The notes under the pieces were generated by a model. The model saw only the letters and a program-made list of their open reading frames with translations, searched no databases and had not been told where the DNA came from. Below are positions 1-12,612 of a DNA stretch of 64,000 bases, one piece after another (positions within the stretch are counted from its first letter, which is position 1; the number at the start of each line of letters is the position of its first letter). The stretch lies in the NCBI GenBank assembly GCA_964016885.1, contig OZ024743.1, forward strand, positions 148,242,001 through 148,306,000. The letters are read 5' to 3'. Both the position numbers and the translations under genes were made by a program. The stretch is from Eledone cirrhosa (taxonomy: Eukaryota).

Positions 1-20
1 TGTTTTGATTCATTATTTAT

Positions 21-145
<125 letters not shown>

Positions 146-258
146 TGTGTGTGTGTGTTCAATACGAAATAAAGCTAATAACCCCAAAACTCATTATAGA
201 ATTTATTTTTCTACCGTCTTTTCTTGTTTTGGAATTCGAAACATAAGACATTACATTT

Positions 259-327
<69 letters not shown>

Positions 328-1239
328 GCGTGTGTGAGTGTGTGTGTGTGTGTGTGCATGTATCTGTGTATGTGTGTGAGTGTGTGTAGATTCTTAATTT
401 CTTAATTTCAAACGTGTGCACCGGCATTACGTATAAAATCAAAGATTTTTGGAAATTTGTAAATGCATTTTTCAAGTGTATTTTGTTTATGCCCTGAAGT
501 ATATTATTTTTCAGGGTTCTCAAATGATGAATATAACAAGTAATGACTGCAAACTCAAGAAGCGGTACATTTTACATGTCTCCATGAAAGACAGTTAAAT
601 TAAGTAAAAGATCAGAAGCGATTATCATAAATGTTTTGGTTGAAGATGATAAATAACTTGCATCGGCATTCAGTTAGTTCGAAGTTTATTAACATTATCA
701 GATTTAGAATTAAAGTTATAATTTCTTTTACTTTAAATTTCACGAGAGATGATACCATCAAATTAAACGTTAAACTGAATAAACTAATTTTAGGAATAAA
801 TTTACAAATAAGAGACCAAATTCCCTGACATGGAAGGAAGCTTCATCTCAGTAACATGTATTACAGTATAAATAAAGAAAAGCAACAAACCAACCTATCC
901 AACATATCCAAAAATTAATACAGCAGCACACAAGATTATTCAACAATATGATCAAACAATGCACACCGGAGAGATATAGTATACAGTGATCCGAAGTATT
1001 TCTAGAGATCTTCGAAGAATCCAAAGTAGGCTGGATTTCCACTTTCAAAATATATCAGTTTACTAAATTCCGCGGAGCAGAAACAACTGAAAACGTATCA
1101 AATAATTGTTTCTGCTTTTGGCAAGGTTAAACAGAACCAGTAGCAAAATGATGTAAATATAAGACATTAAGCAGCAATTTAAGCAATATATGAAAAAACC
1201 GTTTAGTGTGTGCATTCTCCCCCCCCCCATATATATATA

Positions 1240-1362
<123 letters not shown>

Positions 1363-1408
1363 ATATAAATATGTATATATATATACACACACACACATAT
1401 ATATATAT

Positions 1409-1680
1409 ATATTGTTATACTTGGGGAGGATCATATTTGTGTAATATTGCCAGAATTAATAACAGAACACACTCACTGTTTGCACTGTTTGGTTGGTTTT
1501 CGCTTTTAGCTTCTGCGTCTTTTATATCGGTAATCTAATTTATTCGGTCCTCAATGTTGCCATTGACTGACCAACGGTCAAAAATAATACAGATACAATA
1601 TAGACCCTCCCCAAGTATAACAATATTTGTTTCGACACACGATTTCATATAAAAAACCTCGCAAAACTAATTCATCGCCG

Positions 1681-1682
<2 letters not shown>
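1409..1682. repeat. Short (TA)n-flanked insert with inverted arms; homologous to 6688-7150
   Basis: ATATTGTTATACTTGGGGAGG (~1409-1429) is inverted at ~1606-1626. The reverse complement of 1620-1680 matches 6691-6756, and the AACACACTCACTGTTTG block is shared with 6777-6793. Confidence 0.7.
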
Positions 1683-1770
<88 letters not shown>

Positions 1771-1962
1771 TTTATGGTTATGTATGTAATAAAACCTTTT
1801 ATGGTAATATATTTTTTTATACAAACCCTAAATAGTGAAAGATAGTCATTAATTACTATCTTATTACCAGTAAGATAAATAGCTCAATGTAATAACATCG
1901 GTTGTTTTACAGAGCAGTTATATAGAGATTACAATAATCAAAGTTCAGTTTAAATCATTTAT

Positions 1963-2011
1963 TTGCTTACAATTGTTTCCTCCAAACCGAGGTTTGAATT
2001 CTTCGGAGCAA
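1963..2011 (-). ncRNA. Type I hammerhead ribozyme (U4C core variant) in PLE1 pLTR
   Basis: Minus strand reads TTGCT CCGAAGA A TTCAAACC TC GGTTTGGA G GAAAC AATT GTA AGCAA: stems I and II pair, loop III is the palindrome AATT, triplet GUA. Confidence 0.8.
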
Positions 2012-2141
2012 CTATTTAGTGATCTATAACATACTTGACCGCCTTTTCAACACAAGAGACATATAAAACATATGCACATGTTGATCCACTGTGGGATGAC
2101 ATCCATCAAAATGATATAACATGGCAATTTACATAAAAAGG

Positions 2142-2335
2142 ATAAAAATAAAAATAAAAGTAAAAATAAAAATAAAAATAAAAATAAAAATAAAAATAAA
2201 AATAAAAATAAAAATAAAAATAAAAATAAAAATAAAAATAAAAATAAAAATAAAAATAAAAATAAAAATAAAAATAAAAATAAAAATAAAAATAAAAATA
2301 AAAATAAAAATAAAAATAAAAATGAAAATAAAAAT
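2142..2335. repeat. (TAAAAA)n hexamer array inside the PLE1 3' UTR
   Basis: Directly visible array of about 30 units. Confidence 0.97.
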
Positions 2336-2960
2336 GAAGCATTGGCAGTTTAAGAAGATAAAGCAAGAGGAAAGTTTAGATTAGTTAGTGTATGAAACAA
2401 TCTCACGTGTAGCATGCACGCGTGTCTTATTTATACAGGATTAGAATGCGTCAGAATGATATTTGCAGGGTCAGGCAGTTGAAGCAGGCAATCGATATTA
2501 TTATGTGGGTTGAATTATTAAATCATTTTTTCGCATACACCTGTATGATATACAGTCTCGAATGTATAGAAACACCAAAATATCAAAAATTTCAAACATA
2601 TTATAAACCATATTATATCGTAGGCAAAACGGTACCACTGTCTTCGCGTACACAACCACTCACATAATCCATGGGACGCAATATATAGACCACGGGTCTA
2701 TCATATAATTCACGATGGTTCAGCATATAACCAAGTTATCAACCGTATCTTGTCGACTCTTAATTAATAGATCATGTTGTTTAGTTTTGTGTGATGATAT
2801 TATATTCCGGAAGTGTCTGTATGACCAAGGGGAATTAATGCGTAAGGGGAGGTAACTAGCTGGTTTTCTTAGTTAAATTTATTATCCTAAATTACATTAA
2901 TGGTGTTTCAAATAAGTGCCTATCATATGATGTTATAACTAATTTCTAGATTATGCTACT

Positions 2961-3605
2961 TATTTATAGGTTACAGTGTTGTCTATTAAGAAGTACTAAG
3001 GTGTATATATCAGGATGATTACCTTCTATTAGGGGGTTTCATATCTGACCATTCTATAAGAAGAGTCAGACCCCCCAAATCAAAGTTCTTTGTAAATATA
3101 ATACCTCCCGCAGGACCTGGCATGGTCCTATTATTATATATGACTCCCGGTAGGCTCTGGGTCATTGTATGTCTGAATCCCCGGTAAATCTGAATATCTT
3201 CAGGTTGGTCCGGAGATCAAATTTCTCATATAAAGACACCAGTTTGGCCATCAAGCAATAGATTAACTCCCATCTCATATATAAGTTAAATTAGGTATCT
3301 TATCTACAAATTAGAGTGGAGTCTATTAATAAGTACTAAAGGAGTTCATATCATGATGATTACAATCTAATATGGAGTGCCACACCTGGACAATCTATAA
3401 GAAGAGTCAGACTACAAAATTAATTATATGGGTCTCACTACTAATAATGGTCTTATTATCATACAATACTCCCGGCAAGTTTCAGGTCATTGTATGACTG
3501 CATCCCCGGTAAATTCACCAGGGTGGTCCGGGGGCCAGTTCTCTCATCAAAAGATACCAATCAGGTCATCAAGCAACACAGAAACTCCTAACTCATGTAT
3601 CACCT
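2961..3605. repeat. Diverged tandem duplication (~330 bp unit) in the PLE1 3' UTR
   Basis: ~2961-3300 and ~3301-3605 share collinear blocks GTCTATTAA.AAGTACTAA, CTATAAGAAGAGTCAGAC, ACTCCCGG, GGTCATTGTATG, ATCCCCGGTAAAT and CATCAAGCAA. Confidence 0.85.
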
Positions 3606-3949
3606 GTGCATAATTCATTGTACTGATCGTATAGAATATATAGTCACATAATAAGATTACCTACTTAATCATAAATCTATCTCATGGTGGCATTCCATGC
3701 ACAGGATTATGTTATCACAACCAATACCGTGTCTACAGTTTATATTAATCATATATTTGTGCAATGCAGTTTAAGTAATTCACGGCCGAGATATCAGAAT
3801 TAGAAGTACATGGGGGTATCCCCAGGGTAGATGGTGCTATAATGCTGCCAGTATTACCCTTAGAGTATATAAATGGGTGTGGAGATGAGGTGTAAGGTGT
3901 GCTACTGATGCTAATTGCTAGTGGTGGTGACGGTTCCAGTCTGACATTG

Positions 3950-6428
3950 TTATATATAGGGTTTAAAGTTTTGGAAAGAGTGTCGGAAGCGGTGTTGGCA
4001 AGATGCGAACACTTCTGATTTTTTATTAAGGAGATTATGGTTAGAGAAGATGATAGTATGGGTTTCTAGTAGACAGAGGTTGCAAAATTTATTAGGTGGT
4101 TTGTACGATGATGCACTACCTACCACTTCCCATTTAAGTGTATATATTTTATTTTTAGTTTTTAGATAGTGTATGTAGCTAGATAGTGAAGTGGAGTTGG
4201 CTAGACTGTGTTTTTTGAAAGAGTGGAGGTGCGAATTGTATCTAGTTTTGAAGCAGTTAGAAGTAGAGCCTATATAGGTTTCAGAAGAGTTGCTAGTTGT
4301 GACTGTACATGAGTATATGATATCCTTGATTAAGCAATTTTTTATCTAAAGGGCAGGTTCTATTTGATCTAGTTACAATTATTCTGGGTGCTAGTCTGTC
4401 GGTTACTATGCTGTGTAGAAGTTTGGATGTTAGCTATAGGGTTATGGTTATGTGGGTTGTCGTTCGCAGCGTTAATGTTTACACTAGTACTAATACTATT
4501 ATTTCCATTGATATTATGGTTAGTTGCTATAATGTTATTTTGAATGTTATTTTGAAGGTTTATCGTCTGTTGTGATTTAGTTTGTTGAAAGTAAGAATTA
4601 ATTTTTCTTTTATTGCTACTAGCTATGTGGTATGCTAAGTTAGGCGTAGTGGAGTATGAGATTATAATAGTGTTTTTGTTTAAAAGGCTATGGTACCTGT
4701 GGCCGGATGGGAAGTGTTTATCCAGTAGTGAGAAGAAAGCCCTAGGTAGGTTGGTAGAGACGTTTAGATTGAAAGGGGGGTTGAAAAATGTATTATTTCT
4801 TCTTCTATTTCTGTTTTTTATGTCTGGTGATTTGTTTCCTTTAATGCTACTATGGTAATTTCTGTGGTGTGGGTTACTTTTGTTGTTACCATCCCTATTA
4901 GTGTGTGTGTGGTTGCTATTCCTATTATTAAATTTTCCCATGGACATGTTGTGTGAAATAATGTTGTAGCTATGCGTTTTTGTAGGTAGGAACTCTATCC
5001 CTCTATTATGGCCTGATCTAGCTAATGCCTGATTATAATACTGCGAGTTATTGTTAAATGTGTTTATGTCATAGGATAAATTAGAGATTCTATTAGATAC
5101 TCCCTTAGAGATAGAGTTTAATATAGATCTAGGGTGGTTAGACTTGGTATCTACGTAGATGAGTTTTTCATTAGGTTTGTGGAAAGGTGCATATATCATT
5201 GAGTCTAGGTAGAGTGTGGCGTCTAGGAATTTGACGTTTTTGGTGTTTTTGTCCATGGTGATATTAAGGTTATAGTTTTTGAAAGTTTTGTGCAATAGTT
5301 TTCTAGTTCTTTCTATATTGAATTTTTTATAATCTATAAGTAGAAGTGCATCGTCGCGATACAAACCACCGCTGAGGTAAGGAAGGTCCCTATGGATTTG
5401 GTTAAGTAAATATAGGCCGACTAATTCAGTGACCTGCGCCGAGTCACTAGACCCCATGGTAATGTCGAAGTTGTTTTGCGTATCCTTGCGGGTCCATAAA
5501 TGGTCTTCAAAGGTGATTAGTGTTTTACGTGCCGCAAATATGACATCAATCTGGGGTCTAGTCAGGTCACTATTGTCCATGGCCATTATAAGTGCCTTAT
5601 TTAGTAGGATAGGGGAAATAGAGGTGTAGTAAGAATTGATATCAAATTGAATAAATTTTTTATCCTTGTTATCTTTGATATTTTTGAACCATTCAATCAC
5701 TTCACCCGTATTTCCCCATTGTTTAAGGTAAATCTTGTGTTTAATCTGTGGGATGATTTTATCTAGAATTTTTTTACTGATAATGCCAATGTCAGACTTG
5801 GAGGGGCAGATGAGTCTAATCGAGGGGTTGCTAATGAAATCCTCCTTATGGTCCTTCAGAGAGAATCTAGGGGGGTTTGGGGTGTAAGGTTGTGTATGTC
5901 TCTGGAGCCCTAGTTTGGATACTATACTATAGCCTTCCATATTAATATCTTCTAAGTTTTTCATAGTGGTTTTCTTGTAGCTTTTATGTAGTTCATTATA
6001 TATAAACTTTCTATATGTATTATAACCTAGGCTGTATATGTTATTAGTTTTGTCGAAAATTAGTTTTGTACAAAAATTTTACTACTAGTTTTGAAATCAT
6101 TAATAGAGGTGCTAAGTTTGTTTAAGAAGGTGTTGTTTTTATTACGGTGTTTTTTGTATTTAATATTCTTAACTAGTTTTATTAGGTCGTTTTCGAAGTG
6201 GTTTAGTAGTGTGTTATGAGGGGGGCTTCTAAAGGTTTTAAAGCCGAAGGAGTCAAATTTGTTGGTATTATTATCCTTGCTAGATTTGTTTTTATCATAA
6301 TGGAATGTCCTCCATCTCACTCTATTGATAAAGGAGTTTACACTGTCGATCAATAACTTTTCATATGTATTTTGGGGTGGTATAGGTATGTTCTTGGTTG
6401 ACATAGGGAGTTGGTCTTTGATCAGCAT
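3950..6428 (-). pseudogene. PLE1 reverse transcriptase + C-terminal GIY-YIG endonuclease, frameshifted
   Basis: MSTKNIPIP...RVRWR N-terminus; RT motifs IQFDINSYY, MGSSDSAQVTELVG, GLYRDD. After frameshifts near 6060 and 4340-4370 it reads CPL..NCLIKDIIYSCTV...TYIGSTSNCFKTRYNSH...CNLCLLE...LLNKKSE...CQH to TAA at 3950-3952. Confidence 0.93.
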
Positions 6429-6591
6429 GGTGGTAATTTATTGTATATCAGCTGAACAATATGGAGCAGTTATTAGTATTAAGGATACTATTTATGGTTA
6501 TGTATGTAATAAAACCTTTTATGGTAATATATTTTTTTATACAAACCCTAAATAGTGAAAGATATATATATATATATATATATATACATAT

Positions 6592-6652
<61 letters not shown>

Positions 6653-6863
6653 CATATATATATGTGTGAGTGTGTGCGTGTATACTGTGACGGTGATACA
6701 TTTGTTTTGCAAGGTTTTTAATATGAAATCGTGTGTTGAAGCAAATATTGTTATATTTGCCAGAAATTTATAGTAAAACACACTCACTGTTTGGTCTGAG
6801 TTCGCTTTCAATTCAACATATTTTATTATATTTTTATAATCAATTCAGGTTGCAATCAATGTT

Positions 6864-7113
6864 AGGCCAAGGGAGCACCCCTTCTCTGTGCTCCTGAGGA
6901 GAAGGGTTGCACACTTTTTTCGGGGGTGTGTGCGACCCCCCAAGGCGCCTCCTCTCTATTGAGGATTTTGTTAAAAATTTTATTTTTTGTTATATCTTAT
7001 TTTATTTTTATATTTTGTTATTGCCTCCTCCTTATTGAGGACGCCTTTTTGTGTAAACTCCCCCCTTTGTACTTGTCCCACTTTTGATGCCCTAGTGGCA
7101 AATAAAAGAAACA
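6864..7113 (+). mobile_element. 5'-truncated LINE 3' UTR (Tx1-like) with 10 bp TSD
   Basis: AATCAATGTT is duplicated at 6854-6863 and 7114-7123. The end (TTGTCCC...GCCCTAGTGGCAAATAAAAGAAA) resembles the Tx1-like 3' end at 60600-60656. Confidence 0.65.
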
Positions 7114-7166
7114 AATCAATGTTTATCATTAAATTGACAGACAGATATAAATATAGTTTCTCAGAG

Positions 7167-7553
<387 letters not shown>

Positions 7554-7564
7554 ATATATATATA

Positions 7565-7620
7565 TATTTAATTAACAGCCGTACTAATAGTGGGAAATGA
7601 AATTTCGTTTCATTTTTTCC

Positions 7621-7625
<5 letters not shown>
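7565..7625 (+). repeat. Terminal fragment of the retrozyme-like family (cf. 51185-51235)
   Basis: CAGCCGTACTAATAGTGGGAAATGAAATTTCGTTTCATTTTTTCCGTTT is the reverse-complement homologue of 51185-51234; TA-flanked. Confidence 0.75.
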
Positions 7626-7691
<66 letters not shown>

Positions 7692-7808
7692 TACACACAG
7701 TTATATTATATAACTGCTATAGATCAGACCCGAAACGATAGAAAACAATGATATAGGTAAAATAATTTGACTTTGTTGTTATTATTTTCATTGTTAAATT
7801 AATAAATA

Positions 7809-7869
<61 letters not shown>

Positions 7870-7905
7870 TGGATTTAAAGGATCTATATTGAAAATACCA
7901 CTCAA

Positions 7906-8090
7906 TGCTACAGTAGTGGTTATACATTAAGAGAAACAGAAAGAGGTTTCGCATTGATGTTTTTCTTTATTAGGCTCAGGTACGAACATTTCACTGATGG
8001 GTGGCTCAAATTCCATATTTGCGTTATAGACCCGTCTGCAGGCTCAATCTGCTCATCGAAATTGTTAATCATGTGCATGCGCTTGTGTAT

Positions 8091-8137
<47 letters not shown>

Positions 8138-8403
8138 TGTGTGTAAATATGCCTGTATCTGCGTTGGTTGTTCTAAACCCATGTACTGATCCGCAATTTA
8201 AGATTGGATGCGTTCAGATAAGATTCTGTTTTTGCTTGATTAACAATTGTGATGAGCATATTGGGGCTGGAGTCAGGTTTATTACACAAATATGGATCTT
8301 GAGCCAACTATCTATGAAACGTTCGTAACTGAGTTTAATCAATAAAAACCTTAATGTGAGACTTCGTTTTTGTTCGGTGGAATGTATACACTCTGCTATA
8401 GCA
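7906..8403. repeat. Old fold-back / MITE-like inverted repeat (~165 bp arms)
   Basis: 7906-8072 aligns by eye to the reverse complement of 8236-8403 with many substitutions; the spacer contains (TG)n. Confidence 0.75.
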
Positions 8404-8559
8404 TAGAGGGCTATAGCACAAATCTACAGAATCACCACAAATCTACAGAATCACAACAAATCTACAGAATCAACTAATATATATGTGTGTGTGTGTTGGT
8501 GTGTTGGTGTGTTGGTGTGTGTGTGGGGGGGGGGGGGATTTCGTTTTTCCGCCCGATTT

Positions 8560-8960
8560 TCTCGTAACATTTATAGAATGAGAAGATAATGCAATGTGGT
8601 CAATTTCGCCCTCTGCATCCCACTATATGGTTACTTAGAAGGATCGTTCTTGTGTATGGTTACCTAATTTGCTGGCAGTGAACTGTCATTCTTTGTCATC
8701 GTATTAATCCTGTTTGGCCACTCTTACATTTTGTAAGAGTGTTGCACAAGCCACAGTTAGATCAGTTGGATTGTTACTCTTCAGGCTCTTTAACTACGAT
8801 TTGCAGCTTTGCATTTGTTGGAATCTTTCTTAGTGGCTTATGTTGTCATTTGCATTTTATAATTGGGTATTTTTGTAAGAGGTTTTTCATATGATTGTCC
8901 TTTAGTAATATAGGTAGTTTTAGATATTTGGTGTACGGAATCGTGGCTATCAAATACTGG
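8560..8960 (-). pseudogene. Decayed PLE (Neptune-like) linker/GIY-YIG fragment
   Basis: Minus-strand translation with stops: IIKCK*QHKPLRKIPTNAKL...NCGLC...GQTG...QRMTVHCQQIR*PYTRTILLSNH...IFSFYK. Confidence 0.6.
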
Positions 8961-9709
8961 TTGGATTTATTCCCCTTTGAGCCACCAAACCGTATTGACT
9001 GAAACCGTATTGCATCGCAGTCGGTCTTCAATTTATTTCTAAAAATACTACAGGTTCGACGAAAAAGCATACCTACAAAAATCAGGAACAGCTATTAGGA
9101 CAAATATTACTTCAACATACGCCACCTTTATCATCGGATACCATGCATTACACATCTACAAACAAACGTTTATATTCAAAGGGAAACTTAGAAAAGTAGA
9201 TATGAAAAAAATTGTAAATCAGTTTTAAGCGAAACCGGTCAAATACACAAGTAAAAAAGTACTTAATTTGATGGGAAAATATTTCTTTTGTGGTGTACTA
9301 TAACACCTATATATAAAAAATAATATATATCAGGTACTTCTTTCAAATCTTTATTATTTATATATATAGCACAATTTGTATAGGAATCCTTAATTTTCCA
9401 AAAATTTGATTTTACTTTCTCGCTTTCTCTCTCTCTATATACTTCTCTGTATATATACTTTGCATATATACTTCGATTCACACACTCACACACACACACA
9501 TACACATACACACACACACACACATGTATATATGTATATATATATACATACATACCATATATATTACATATACATATATATATATATGTATGTATATTAC
9601 ATATAAATATTTGTAATATGCATATATACATCATATATATATTACATACATAAATATATTGATATATATTACATATATATAAATATATGTAATATATATA
9701 TATATATAT

Positions 9710-9852
9710 AACGAAGGAAATGTGGTAAGGAACCAGGTGGACCATAACGCACCAAAGTACTCAAAACTTCTGACTAATTCGACGGCTAATTCAGTCCAGA
9801 ATTAGCCGGCGAAACGGCTTGAGCTCAGCCGTCGGGGTCCTACTCGTTCATA
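9710..9852. repeat. Hairpin mini-insert family A, copy 2 (internally deleted)
   Basis: Same tail (GGAACCAG.TGGACCATAACGCACCAAAGTACTCAA) and the right arm GTCCAGAATTAGCCG.CGAAACGGCTTGAGCTC. Confidence 0.85.
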
Positions 9853-10210
9853 TATATATAAAGAAAAAAAGATGAAATCGAAAATGCAACTGGAGTCTTA
9901 TTTTAAAAAAATATATATATATTTATTTGGTTCCTTTACCGGTTTCGCAGTTCTTCTTCTTTTCAAAAGTAGAGTTGAGATGGAGGGTCTATGGTTTTTC
10001 TCACATCTGTGAGAAAAACTACAGACCCTCCATCTCAACTCTACTTTTGAAAAGCAGAAGAACTGCGAAACCGGTAAAGGAACCAAATAAATATATATAT
10101 TTTTTTTAAAAATAAGACTCCAGTTGCATTTTCGACTTCATCTTTTTTTCTTTATACTTTCACTCGTGTAGGACACCTCGGTTATTTTTCATTTTGTAAA
10201 AAAAACTCAC

Positions 10211-10217
<7 letters not shown>
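9853..10217. repeat. Hairpin mini-insert family B, copy 1 (head-to-head pLTR-like arms)
   Basis: ~150 bp arms with apex near 10005; the right arm extends to 10217; (TA)n flanks. Confidence 0.9.
10043..10080 (+). ncRNA. Minimal type I HHR, U3-A8 variant (mirror copy at ~9932-9970, minus)
   Basis: CTT TTGAAAA GCAG AAGAA CTGC GAAAC CG GTA AAG. Confidence 0.75.
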
Positions 10218-10281
<64 letters not shown>

Positions 10282-10339
10282 TATATATATATACAAATAT
10301 ATTATATACACACTCACACACACATATATATAGATACAA

Positions 10340-11730
10340 ATACATACACACATACATATATACATACATGCATGCATACATACATACATACATACATACA
10401 TACATACATACATACATTCCAAATATTTTGCATCTAATAACTGCATATACACATGTACAGATGCAAAACATATACACATGCACACATACAACTCAAAACA
10501 TCCACATCCCCACATACAATAACCTCCATATCTACACATGCATGCATACATACATCTCTACCTAGTTGATGCTGTGTAAATTACATTGAGAGAGTCTTAT
10601 GTCTATGTTTGAAACCGACTCTCTCTATTGGTAAAACTTTATGAAATTATAAAACCAGAAGAACATACATACATACATACATACATACATACATACATAC
10701 ATACATACATACACACATACATACATACATTCATAGCTACATACATACATACATGGTGGCTGCCAACTCGTTTTCGAGTACGGCCACTACTTTATATCCA
10801 TGTAGGAGAACTCCTATACATACATAGCTACATATATACATACATACATACATGCATACATACATAGCTACATACACACGTACATACATACATACATACA
10901 TACATACATACATACATACATACATACATACATACATACATACATACATACATACATACATAGCTATATACATACATACAACCGGCCTGATATTGTAGTT
11001 TGGGACCACACATTGAAAACGTGTTCTGTTGTGGAGATCAGCTGCCCACTTGATGTAAACGTTGTCAGAAAAATAAAGGAGAATGAGGACATCTACGGAC
11101 CATTGATGAGGAGTTTACAAATCCAGTATCCAAGATACACCTTTAGCTTCATACCCATCATTATTGGTGCTACGGGTTATATACCAACCCGCTTGGACCA
11201 AAGTATGACTGAACTTGGATTTGCGGACAAAAAGCGCAGCTCCCTAATTCATAGTCTACAAATGGCTGCGATAGCTGGCACCTTCAAAATTTGCAAAACA
11301 TTCTTGCGATTCAAGGGATGACAATTTCTTTACTTTTACAACCTTGCCACCAAGAAGGTGGCCGGTCAAAAAAATATACTCGAAATTAAAAGAAAGAGAA
11401 AACATACATACATACATACATACATACATACATACATACATACATACATACATACATTACATACATACATAGCTACATACATACATACATACATAGCTAC
11501 ATACATACATACATACATAGCTACATACATACATACATACATACATACATAGCTACATACATACATACATACATAGCTACATACATACATACATACATAC
11601 ATACATACATACATACATACATACATACATACATACACACATACATACATACATAGCTACATACATACATACATACATACATACATACATACATACATAC
11701 ATACATACATACATACATACATACATACAC
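10340..11730. repeat. (TACA)n microsatellite field interrupted by three inserts
   Basis: Long CATA/TACA arrays with TAGC variants; inserts at ~10563-10663, ~10755-10815 and 10981-11402. Confidence 0.95.
10981..11402 (+). mobile_element. 3' fragment of an R4/Dong-like non-LTR retrotransposon (RLE domain + 3' UTR)
   Basis: RPDIVVWDHTLKTCSVVEISCPLD...Y..L...FIPIIIGATGYIP...SLQMAAIAGT is a PD-(D/E) restriction-like endonuclease; flanked by (TACA)n. Confidence 0.88.
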
Positions 11731-12019
11731 ACATGTATATACATAGTGTGTAACTATAATTGACTGTGCATGTGTCAACGAGCGTGCAGATCATTTCTCG
11801 GCAACAGCATTGTGCCAGAGATGGCATCAGCTCAAATGCCTTCGTTCCTGTTCGTAGCGTTTTACCACTTCAGGCGAAATTTAAACTGGAAATATCTTTT
11901 CAGCATAAAATAAGAGAAAAATGCAAATATTTCAGAAAGACTGCTACAAAAGTCATCACGACGCACATCTAATCAATAATTAGATGAGGATAAAGAAACT
12001 AACCAACAAACTATAGCAT

Positions 12020-12032
12020 CAACAACAACAAC

Positions 12033-12082
<50 letters not shown>

Positions 12083-12089
12083 TGGTGAT

Positions 12090-12172
<83 letters not shown>

Positions 12173-12277
12173 TAGCTATAATAACAATAGCAATAGCAAT
12201 AATAATAATAATAATAACAATAACAATAATAATAATAATAAAAATAATAAAAATAATAATAAAATGATAACAATAGC

Positions 12278-12336
<59 letters not shown>

Positions 12337-12360
12337 TAGCAATAATAATAATAATAATAA
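12020..12360. repeat. (AAT)n microsatellite
   Basis: Directly visible. Confidence 0.97.
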
Positions 12361-12510
12361 AGTGAACACAGATAATAAATAAGAAAAAAGAAATACAAAA
12401 GAAAATAAAAATAATAAATTAATCATGAATTTAACCCACCCACACGCATACACATCACACACATAGACATACGCACACACACACGCACGCATACACACGC
12501 AGCCCCCCCC

Positions 12511-12612
<102 letters not shown>

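Larger units (their letters stand above)
1767..6564 (-). mobile_element. Near full-length Penelope-like retroelement (PLE1, Nematis-like) inserted in (TA)n
   Basis: RT+GIY-YIG coding region at 3950-6428. A ~75 bp terminal direct repeat (1770-1844 = 6490-6564) marks a partial pLTR. HHR in the 3' pLTR and (TA)n on both sides. Clade assignment is from recalled motifs. Confidence 0.92.

Noticed and set aside
9198-9246. HHR-like ...TGAAAAAA...GC GAAAC CG GTC AAATA
   Set aside because: Only the 3' half is convincing and stem II does not pair.
10340-11730. Repeat-spacer-repeat appearance suggestive of CRISPR
   Set aside because: The repeats are tetranucleotide microsatellites, the inserts are LINE ends, the context is eukaryotic and there are no cas genes.
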